A stretch of DNA of 64,000 bases from Candidatus Sumerlaeia bacterium (GTDB taxonomy: Bacteria; Sumerlaeota; Sumerlaeia; SLMS01; JANRJK01): positions 4,872 through 68,871 of the forward strand of contig JANRJK010000019.1 of assembly GCA_033764015.1 (NCBI GenBank). Direction: 5' to 3'. A program made the position numbers and the translations under genes. The number at the start of each line of letters is the position of its first letter. Position 1 is the first letter of the stretch. The notes under the pieces were generated by a model that did no database searches, was not told the DNA's origin, and saw nothing but the letters and a program-made list of their open reading frames with translations. Below, in pieces: positions 1 to 7,303 of the stretch.

Positions 1-510
1 CAAGGCCGTATACTCGGTGAAGTCCCGCTCCTCGTCCGGATCCTCCGCGATGGAAGCGGTCTTGATCGTGTCCGAATCGTCGTACTGGCTCTCCCAATCG
101 ACGTCGTTCTGGGAAAAAGTCTCGAACTCCGCGGACTCCTCGCCGGCGGCGCTCGCCTCGACGCCGGACCCGTCCGGGGGTGCCGCGGCGATGCGGTCCA
201 ACGTGGCCTCGGGGCCCTCGGAGAAGTCCTCGTCACCCATGGCGGGGTCCGGAGCGGCCTGCTCCGAGAGACCCGACTCTGGCGCGGCGGGGAACTCCGG
301 CGCGTCGGAGCCCTCCACGGTGGACGGCCCCGATTCGAGCTGCTCCAAGTCGTCGGCCACCTCGAGGAACGGGTTCTCGAGCATCTCGTTCCGGATCATC
401 TGCTCGAGGTCCATCGAGTTCATCTGGAGGAGCTGGATCGACTGCTGCATCTGCGGCGTCATGATCAGACGCTGCGTCTGCCGCATCGATTGCTGCATCG
501 AGAGAGCCAT
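1..510 (-). CDS. rpoN: RNA polymerase sigma-54 factor, N-terminal part (gene continues beyond window start)
   Basis: Reverse-complement translation from ATG (complement of 508-510) gives MALSMQQSMRQTQRLIMTPQMQQSIQLLQMNSMDLEQMIRNEMLENPFLEV..., the Gln/Leu-rich region I typical of sigma-54, followed by an acidic linker. There is no stop before position 1. Confidence 0.8.
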   Translation of the reverse strand, partial: MALSMQQSMRQTQRLIMTPQMQQSIQLLQMNSMDLEQMIRNEMLENPFLEVADDLEQLESGPSTVEGSDAPEFPAAPESGLSEQAAPDPAMGDEDFSEGPEATLDRIAAAPPDGSGVEASAAGEESAEFETFSQNDVDWESQYDDSDTIKTASIAEDPDEERDFTEYTAL

Positions 511-854
511 GGCTCCGCTTCCTGAGGGCCTAGCCGGTGGACACCGACGCGCCCTTGCCAAGGATTGACACGCTTGGTGTTAGGTCCGGATTTCCGCTAG
601 CTGTGGTGGCTTCTGGCTTACACACTAGCAAGAATCGGGCTAACCCCGAGGGCTAGAATGCGGGAACTTGGCGGGTGGTCAAGCAGTTCCCGAAGCAAGA
701 AAGGTGACGACTCGACAAGACCAACCCCGGAGGGCGCCGGGCGCAAGGGCAGGGCCGCATCCCGAGAGGGAACTTCGCCGTTGCTCGGCGCCGCTACCCA
801 TGTGATTCCTCCACCCAGACCCAGACCATTTATCCCCCCGGCAAAGTCATCGAC

Positions 855-2615
855 ATGGCCTCCCCCCCCCGAACGTGGGCGCTCCTCATTCTGGTGCTTC
901 TCCTCCTGGGCGGAGGCGCGGCGCTCTTCTTCGTCGGATTCCGTTCCATTCCACCCGACGAAAGCCGTGCGGATGCCGTGGAGACCCCCTCCCCCACACC
1001 CCCCCCGCCGAGCGGCCCGCGCACCTACTTCGACGACTATCCCCCCGATCCGCTCGGCGTTGCCTCCACGCGCCTGCGCGGCACGGTGCTCGTCCTGCCG
1101 GCCGCCGCCCCCGCCGGCGCCTATGCCACCGCCGCGGCGGTCCGCGACGCCCTCCTCGACCATCTCAACGCGCGGAGCAGCGGTTCGGTCCGCTTCGCCG
1201 ACTACGAAACGCTCCATGGCCTCGTCGATTGGGACGATGCGCGCCCGACAGGCGAGGCGCCCTCGCCCAATGATGCCGACTTCGCCATGCGGTACATCCG
1301 CGCGGACCTTTCGGTGCTGGTGGAGGCGACCGGCGATCCGGCCACACTCCGCCTCCTGCTCCGCAGCCCGGACGGCTCCGAGTCGGCATCGACGGTGGCG
1401 TTCTCCGCGGAGCAGCCACTCGCCGCAGTAAGTGAGCTTGCGGGCGCCATCGCGGACGAACTCCCCGCCGACCTCCCGGCGGAGGAGCGCGCCGCGTACG
1501 GCGTTCCGCCCTACGCGGGGCTTTTCCAGACCTTCGACGAAGTGGCCGAGGCGCGGGCGTCCGACCGCGCCGCCGCGGAGGAACTCCTCGCGAAGGCTCC
1601 CGGCGACGTCGAGGTCCGCGCGCTGGTCGCGCCCGCGCTTCTCGCCGCGGACGCGGAGCGCGCCGCGGAGCTGCTCGTCACCGGCCCCGCCGGATTCGCC
1701 GCCGGACCAGCCGAACACCTCCTCCGCGTCGCGGTCTGGCGAGGGAACGGCGCGCGCCGCGCCGCGCGCTTCGAACTCCTTATCGGGCACAACCGCTTTC
1801 CCGGCGGATTCCCCACGCTCGCGGAGGTCTCCAACGCGTTCGGCCCCCGCGATCTCCCAGAGGCCATCTACAACATCCTCCACTATTGGCACGGCAGGGC
1901 CCCGCAAACCGGTCCCGAGCTTTCCCTTTCCGCCGCGCTCGCGACACGGGTGTGCGAGGGTTTCGTGGTCGAGCGCCCCTACGCGGAACTAGATGCAGAG
2001 ACCCTGGACACGATAAGCTACTTCCGCGAAGCCACTGAGTTGAGGATCGCTTCGCTGCGCGAGGCGGTGGGGTCGCGCCCCGAGCAAGTCGCTCTCGAGA
2101 TTTCGAAGGCCGCCATCCAGGGCCAGCGCGACGACGTGCACCTGCTCCTTCGCGAGGGCCTCGTGCTCCACCCCGCCAGCTTCGCGATCCGGGCGGCCGC
2201 CCTCAAGGCGGCGCTCCCGCGCTTCGGCGGTTCCGGGGACGAGTTCGCCGCGCTCGCCACCGAGTTCGCCGCCGAAGCCGCAAACCATCCGGAACTCCAC
2301 CTGCTCCCGTACCACGCGTTCCGCGCGGAGCGCTTCCTCGACCATCTTCGCGGCGAGGCGGAGGCGGGCGCGCTTCGCGAGGCCGCCGCCGCGGACGCCT
2401 CCGCATGGGAGCCGGCCGCGCAGGGCCTCGCCGCCTTCGTCGAGGCCGGGCCTCCCGCCCACCGCGCCGCCTACGCGCTGCGCCTGCTCGCCGCCGGCGG
2501 GGGGGCGCGCCTCGACGAGGCGCTCGCCGCGGTCCCCGCCGACCGCGCGCCGCTCGTGGCGGCGGAGCTGCGCCGCCACGGCGCCGAGGAACTGGCCGGG
2601 CGCGTGCTCCCGTAG
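855..2615 (+). CDS. hypothetical Ala-rich membrane-anchored protein
   Basis: 586-aa ORF with an N-terminal hydrophobic helix ([22 protein letters not shown]) and coding-like GC3 bias. No family recognised. The antisense ORF 618..1907 is considered spurious. Confidence 0.5.
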   Translation: MASPPRTWALLILVLLLLGGGAALFFVGFRSIPPDESRADAVETPSPTPPPPSGPRTYFDDYPPDPLGVASTRLRGTVLVLPAAAPAGAYATAAAVRDALLDHLNARSSGSVRFADYETLHGLVDWDDARPTGEAPSPNDADFAMRYIRADLSVLVEATGDPATLRLLLRSPDGSESASTVAFSAEQPLAAVSELAGAIADELPADLPAEERAAYGVPPYAGLFQTFDEVAEARASDRAAAEELLAKAPGDVEVRALVAPALLAADAERAAELLVTGPAGFAAGPAEHLLRVAVWRGNGARRAARFELLIGHNRFPGGFPTLAEVSNAFGPRDLPEAIYNILHYWHGRAPQTGPELSLSAALATRVCEGFVVERPYAELDAETLDTISYFREATELRIASLREAVGSRPEQVALEISKAAIQGQRDDVHLLLREGLVLHPASFAIRAAALKAALPRFGGSGDEFAALATEFAAEAANHPELHLLPYHAFRAERFLDHLRGEAEAGALREAAAADASAWEPAAQGLAAFVEAGPPAHRAAYALRLLAAGGGARLDEALAAVPADRAPLVAAELRRHGAEELAGRVLP

Positions 2616-2692
2616 CGGGGCGGGCCCGATTGACCACGCCGCACCCGCGCGGCACCATCGATACGAACGCGCACCGCAAGGAGCACCCGCCC

Positions 2693-3928
2693 ATGTCCGA
2701 TAGCACCGCCACCCAACTGCCCCACTCGACCGCGCTCCCCGACGCGGCGGGGCGCTTCGGGGGCTTCGGCGGGCGCTACGTGCCCGAAACACTGATGCAG
2801 ACGCTGATCGAACTCGAGGCGGCGTACCGCTCCGTGGCCTTCGACGACGCGTTCCAAGCCGAACTGGCCCGCCTGCTCTCCGAGTTCGCCGGCCGCGAGA
2901 CGCCGCTCACCCGCGCGCGCCGCTACGAGCACGCCCTCGGCGGGCGCTTCCGCATCTACTTCAAGCGCGAGGACCTGCTCCACACCGGCGCCCACAAGCT
3001 GAACAACACCCTCGGCCAGGCGCTCCTCGCGCAGCGCCTCGGCAAGCGCCGCATCATCGCGGAAACCGGCGCCGGACAGCACGGCGTCGCCACCGCCACC
3101 GCCTGCGCGCTCCTCGGCCTCGAATGCACCGTCTTCATGGGCGAGGAGGACACCCGCCGCCAAGCGCTCAACGTCACCCGCATGCGCCTCATGGGCGCCA
3201 AGGTGCAGCCCGTCACCAGCGGCACCGGCACGCTGAAGGACGCCACCAACGAAGCGATGCGCGAGTGGATGTCCACCTGCGACGACACGCACTACATCAT
3301 CGGCTCCTGCGTGGGCCCGCACCCGTTCCCCATGATGGTGCGCGACTTCCAGAGCGTGATCGGCAAGGAGGCCAAGGAGCAGCTCGCGGAGCGCGAAGGC
3401 CGCCTGCCGGACCACGTCGTCGCCTGCGTCGGCGGCGGATCGAACGCCATGGGCATCTTCTTCCCGTTCTACGACGAGCCCTCCGTGCGCCTCTGGGGCG
3501 CGGAGGCCGCCGGCCACGGCGTCGCGAGCGGACTCCACGCCGCCTCCATCGCCGCCGGGCAGATCGGCGTCTTCCACGGCTCCCGCAGCTTCGTCCTCCA
3601 AACCCCCGACGGACAGATCACCCCGGCTCACTCGATCAGCGCCGGCCTCGACTACCCCGGCATCGGCCCCGAGCACGCCTTCTACGCCGATAGCGGCCGC
3701 GCCACCTACCTCCCCATCGACGACGACGAGGCGATCGCCTCGCTCCGCCGCGTGAGCGAACTCGAAGGCATCATCCCCGCCATCGAAACCGCCCACGCCA
3801 CCGCGCTGCTCGAAAAGCTCGCGCCCAGGATCGCCGACGACGCCGTGGTGCTCGTCTCCCTCTCCGGCCGCGGCGACAAGGATGTGGCCACGCTGAAGGC
3901 CCTGCTGGACGCGGAAGCGGAGAGCTAG
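2693..3928 (+). CDS. trpB: tryptophan synthase beta subunit
   Basis: MSDSTATQ...[16 protein letters not shown]...HTGAHKLNN...[10 protein letters not shown]...[11 protein letters not shown] are canonical TrpB/PLP-fold motifs. AAGGAG RBS lies 11 nt upstream of the ATG at 2693. The upstream in-frame Arg-rich extension to 2405 is judged non-coding. Confidence 0.95.
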   Translation: MSDSTATQLPHSTALPDAAGRFGGFGGRYVPETLMQTLIELEAAYRSVAFDDAFQAELARLLSEFAGRETPLTRARRYEHALGGRFRIYFKREDLLHTGAHKLNNTLGQALLAQRLGKRRIIAETGAGQHGVATATACALLGLECTVFMGEEDTRRQALNVTRMRLMGAKVQPVTSGTGTLKDATNEAMREWMSTCDDTHYIIGSCVGPHPFPMMVRDFQSVIGKEAKEQLAEREGRLPDHVVACVGGGSNAMGIFFPFYDEPSVRLWGAEAAGHGVASGLHAASIAAGQIGVFHGSRSFVLQTPDGQITPAHSISAGLDYPGIGPEHAFYADSGRATYLPIDDDEAIASLRRVSELEGIIPAIETAHATALLEKLAPRIADDAVVLVSLSGRGDKDVATLKALLDAEAES

Positions 3929-4011
3929 TCGAGGGGGAGGCCCGCCCCGATTCCGGTTGCGAGAACGCCGTAAGCCGGGCTTCCCTCGCCGCCACGGAGG
4001 AAGCCGACGAC

Positions 4012-5280
4012 GTGTGCTTGACGAGATCGAGCAAGACGGGGAAAGCGCCGCCAACGGCCGAGGTCATCGGCGAAGAGTCGAGCGGGATGCAGACGCTTCG
4101 CGTGCCGCCCGGTGGCGGGGGCATCATCGAGTTGGATCGCATCTTTGGGCTAAAGGCGGTCGAAGCTTACGAGTACACCCCCTACGGCATTCCTACCGTT
4201 CACTACAAGGACGGGGCGATGGTTCGCACCGTCGTGTGGGACGACGACAAGGATACTGTCACCACCACTTCAAGCGTTACCAGTAATACACGTCGAGGCG
4301 AGTTTGCGGACGCGGCGTACCTGACGATGAGCGACTCTCCGTTCGGAGCGAGCTCATTTGACAAGGGGCGCGTGCGTAACTCCGCCGCGATGTCGCGGAT
4401 TGGTATCAAGCACCTCTACATGGCCCGGCCTTGGATTCCAGTTGGCGAAGTGTACCACATCCGCGCACGTTGGTACTCCCCGTTCGAGGGGCGGTTCATT
4501 ACTCTTGATCCGATTGGGTACGCAGGGGGTGCGAGTCAGTACATGTATTGCATGGGGGATTCTATTGACTTTATCGATCCGTTTGGCGAGGCCCCACTTG
4601 ACTGGGGCATTTGGTTGCAGGAGTGGTCTGAACCGCTGGAGGTGAAGGCTGCAAGATATGGTACGGGACCGATCAGCAATGTCATCGGGTTCGGTGGTTA
4701 CTACATGGCCAGTAGTGTAACTGCAGTTGGAGATATGCTGCAAGTCGGCACAGGACTGCACGCTGCTTGTAGCGGCTACGACATGAGTGGGCGGAAGCTT
4801 TCGACATTGGAGCGTTCTGAGCATCTATCCGGTGACATTTTCCGGGGTGTCGCCATCGGAGCTAGTGTGTATGGTGTCGGTAGAGGTTTCGACAGGATGG
4901 CATTTGGAAGTCGTAGGAATAGATTCTTGTACGATGGATGGGAAAAGAGTCGCGGCGAGATTTTGATCTTGGCTGAGAAGAACGGTGGACGAATGCTGGC
5001 GAATACTCCTGCCGGTCGCTTTGCTACAACTCTAGATAATGCAATGGGAAAGTCGGGGATGAGTAGCGAGCTAAGAGGGGGAGTATCGAATCGCATGTGG
5101 GATCATATGTCCCGCCACTATGCTCGGACTGCAAGGGGGAGGACATTCATCGCCCCGCTGGGAAAGAACCCTAACTCCGTGCTAAGGCGGGTTGAGATGC
5201 CTGAACTGATGAACAATAGTTGTGCTGATGTGCGTTACGTAGCGCGCGAGTACTTCGAGGCGCTTGGATGGCATCAATGA
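4012..5280 (+). CDS. orphan Rhs/YD-repeat C-terminal fragment: Rhs core end plus variable toxin domain
   Basis: YD-like repeats (YEYTPYGIPTVHYKDG) then the Rhs core signature RARWYSPFEGRFITLDPIGYAGGASQYMYCMGDSIDFIDPFGE (DPxG autoproteolysis motif at 4576-4590). A roughly 230-aa C-terminal domain of unknown family follows. GC falls from about 70% to about 50% downstream of the core. Confidence 0.75.
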   Translation: MCLTRSSKTGKAPPTAEVIGEESSGMQTLRVPPGGGGIIELDRIFGLKAVEAYEYTPYGIPTVHYKDGAMVRTVVWDDDKDTVTTTSSVTSNTRRGEFADAAYLTMSDSPFGASSFDKGRVRNSAAMSRIGIKHLYMARPWIPVGEVYHIRARWYSPFEGRFITLDPIGYAGGASQYMYCMGDSIDFIDPFGEAPLDWGIWLQEWSEPLEVKAARYGTGPISNVIGFGGYYMASSVTAVGDMLQVGTGLHAACSGYDMSGRKLSTLERSEHLSGDIFRGVAIGASVYGVGRGFDRMAFGSRRNRFLYDGWEKSRGEILILAEKNGGRMLANTPAGRFATTLDNAMGKSGMSSELRGGVSNRMWDHMSRHYARTARGRTFIAPLGKNPNSVLRRVEMPELMNNSCADVRYVAREYFEALGWHQ

Positions 5281-5302
5281 ATCGTCCCTTCGGAGGTGCA
5301 TC

Positions 5303-5701
5303 GTGAATCTGATGTCCGTTCTGAAGAGGGCTGTTTCCTTTCTGTGTGGTCGAAGTCAGACAGCATCGAGCGGTTCAAGAGGGCGCTTGAGAAGGATGGG
5401 TCCAGAGGGCGGTTACTTCGAGTTCTGGCACGAGGGAAGGATGCATTCTGTCGTCGCAGGGCTTCGCTACGACACAGACGTGGAGCAGGTTTTCTTGTAT
5501 CGGGATATCATCCTCACGGGGGCAGAGTGCCTAGACGTCGCGGAGTCGTCCGACGATTTGGTTGCGAGTCTCGAACAGAGCGCGAAGGAGTACTTTAAAC
5601 AAAGCGACGTGCGGCTTGTCGAGCACTCTGAAAGAAACCGCAATGTTCAACTTCGGGCAATGGAAGAGTTGAAGGCACTTCGTGCTCGAAAGGGTAGATG
5701 A
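5303..5701 (+). CDS. putative cognate immunity protein for the Rhs C-terminal toxin
   Basis: Low-GC ORF immediately downstream of, and overlapping, the toxin 3' end, in the frame of track ORF 5264..5701. GGAGG lies 6 nt upstream of GTG 5303 (alternative ATG at 5312). Its composition is balanced, whereas the alternative frame 5296..5598 is Arg-rich. No family recognised; the start is uncertain. Confidence 0.45.
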   Translation: MNLMSVLKRAVSFLCGRSQTASSGSRGRLRRMGPEGGYFEFWHEGRMHSVVAGLRYDTDVEQVFLYRDIILTGAECLDVAESSDDLVASLEQSAKEYFKQSDVRLVEHSERNRNVQLRAMEELKALRARKGR

Positions 5702-6057
5702 GTGATTTAGGGATGAACTGTCTGGTCACGATGCGAGACCAGCTACCTAATCCCTCACCCCATTGATGCTGACCTGCACTTGATTGCTTGACGTTGTTTG
5801 GGCGCGTTTGCGCCAGCGGCCCGTATGTCCACCCGCTAGCCCTACCGCTACCACATGCTTGTCGATCTTGAGCGCTTCGCGCGGGTCCGCCGCGAGGCGA
5901 TCCTCGAGGTCGACCGGGGGCGCGACGAAGGCCGATGTCGCGCGCCAAGTCGGCGTCGGCCGGCTGACGGAAGTCGACTACCTCCAGTTCGCGATCCCCA
6001 AGAAGCCTGTGGCCAAGGATCACCGTCCGTCGACTGCTCCAGTGGGGCATTTTCTCA

Positions 6058-6342
6058 ATACTCCACCCTCCAAGTCGGCGACTCCTCCACCCTGCTCCGC
6101 CTCCGGTCGTAGAGTCTGGTCGTGCTGACGTTTGCGTGCCCGAGCCATTCCTGCACCTTCGCGATGTCGGCTTGGTGCTCCAGGGCGTTGGTCGCGGCGG
6201 TTGCGCGGAGCGAGTGGACGCAGAGGCCGCGGATGTCGATGCCGGCACGGCGGGTGGGGTGCTGGACGATGTCGCGGAGGACGGATTCGGGGTGAGAAGA
6301 GAAGCTCTCACGCGAGGCCGCGAGGACGCGAAGTGTTGCGCT
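6058..6342 (-). pseudogene. tyrosine recombinase/phage integrase C-terminal remnant (no start codon, N-terminus missing)
   Basis: Reverse-complement frame reads ...HPESVLRDIVQHPTRRAGIDIRGLCVHSLRATAATNALEHQADIAKVQEWLGHANVSTTRLYDRRRSRVEESPTWRVEY*. HxLR and LGHxxxxTTxxY(catalytic Tyr) are integrase box II motifs. The frame opens directly after an in-frame stop, so this is a 95-aa fragment only. Confidence 0.6.
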
Positions 6343-6388
6343 TCAGGAACGCGGCAGGCCGCATGGACGCCCGCGACACTCTGCCGCG

Positions 6389-7300
6389 TTACCTGAAGAA
6401 GGCGTCCGCGCGCGAGTCGTCCGCCAGCTCGCGGACGCGGTCGCGGTCGAGGCCCGGCGAGAGGTCGCAGGCGAGGGCGATTTCGCGCTCCATGTCGAGC
6501 GCGGCGTTGCTCGCCAGCGAGTCGGTCCCGAGGTAGCAGCGCACGCCGCCCTCGAGCAGCCGCGCCAGCGGGAACGGGCCGCGCGCGAAGTAGGCGTGCG
6601 TGCCCGGGCAGACGACGGCGCTCGCGCCCGATTCGCGCATCAGGCGGATGTCCTCGTCGTCGATGTCGTTGCAGTGGGCGAGGAGCGTGCGCGGCCCGAG
6701 GGCGCCGCATTCCGCAAGCCACGGGACCGGGCGCAGGCCGGGGTGTTCCCAACCCGCGCGCAGGTGGAACTCGAGGAGGAAGTCCGCCAGCGGCCCGCGC
6801 CGGCGCAGCAGCAGTTCCGTCTCCTCCACGGTTTCCGCGGCGTGGATGCAGAGCCACTGGCCGCGGGCGCGCGCTTCGCGCACCGCCGCGCGCAGCAGCG
6901 GCGCCGTGATCGTGTACGGCGCGTGGGGCGAGAGGCCGTGGCGCGCGAGCGCGTCCTTGGCGCGGGAGAGCGCCTGCCGGTCCAGCGCGCCGCGCAGCGT
7001 CTCCTCGCCGGTGCGCGGGTTGGTGTCGATCACCTCGCGGAACAGCACGCGCCGCAGGGTGGTTGACTCAGTCAACGGTTCGTCCGCGGTGTCCATGGCG
7101 AGGATGTCGGCCACGGCGGTGGTGCCGTTCGCGGCGAGCTCCGCGAGGCCCGCGCGGGCGCTCGCGGCGCTGGCGAGCGCGGACCCGGCGCGCTTCAGCG
7201 GCAGCAGCCGCTCGAGCCACTCGGCGAAGGGGAGCCCCGGCGGGATCGCGCCCTTGAGGAACCCGAGTTCGAGGTGGCAGTGCGAGTTGAACGTGCCCAC
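6389..7300 (-). CDS. amidohydrolase-family metal-dependent hydrolase (lacks the usual N-terminal composite domain)
   Basis: The HCHLELG (HxH) metal-binding motif sits at residues 7-9 and later HxxE/D motifs are typical of the amidohydrolase superfamily. GTG start at 7300 lies 2 codons after the U32 stop and in the same frame. Confidence 0.65.
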   Translation of the reverse strand: MGTFNSHCHLELGFLKGAIPPGLPFAEWLERLLPLKRAGSALASAASARAGLAELAANGTTAVADILAMDTADEPLTESTTLRRVLFREVIDTNPRTGEETLRGALDRQALSRAKDALARHGLSPHAPYTITAPLLRAAVREARARGQWLCIHAAETVEETELLLRRRGPLADFLLEFHLRAGWEHPGLRPVPWLAECGALGPRTLLAHCNDIDDEDIRLMRESGASAVVCPGTHAYFARGPFPLARLLEGGVRCYLGTDSLASNAALDMEREIALACDLSPGLDRDRVRELADDSRADAFFR

Positions 7301-7303
7301 CGG

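Noticed and set aside
570-640. SRP RNA-like similarity (aggtccggatttcc vs the conserved GGUCCGGAAGGAAGCAGCC helix)
   Set aside because: Only a short partial match; the remainder of domain IV is not present.
618-1907. 429-aa minus-strand ORF opposite the 855..2615 gene
   Set aside because: It is Arg/Gly/Glu-rich, has no motifs, and lies antisense to a frame with better coding character. This is a typical high-GC shadow ORF.
2471-4054. 527-aa minus-strand ORF overlapping trpB
   Set aside because: It is antisense to an unambiguous trpB, with low-complexity Gly/Ala/Arg composition.
5595-6857. 420-aa minus-strand ORF spanning the islet and the amidohydrolase 3' end
   Set aside because: It is Arg/Pro-rich and in a different frame from the recognisable integrase fragment. 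It overlaps the amidohydrolase gene, which has clear family motifs.
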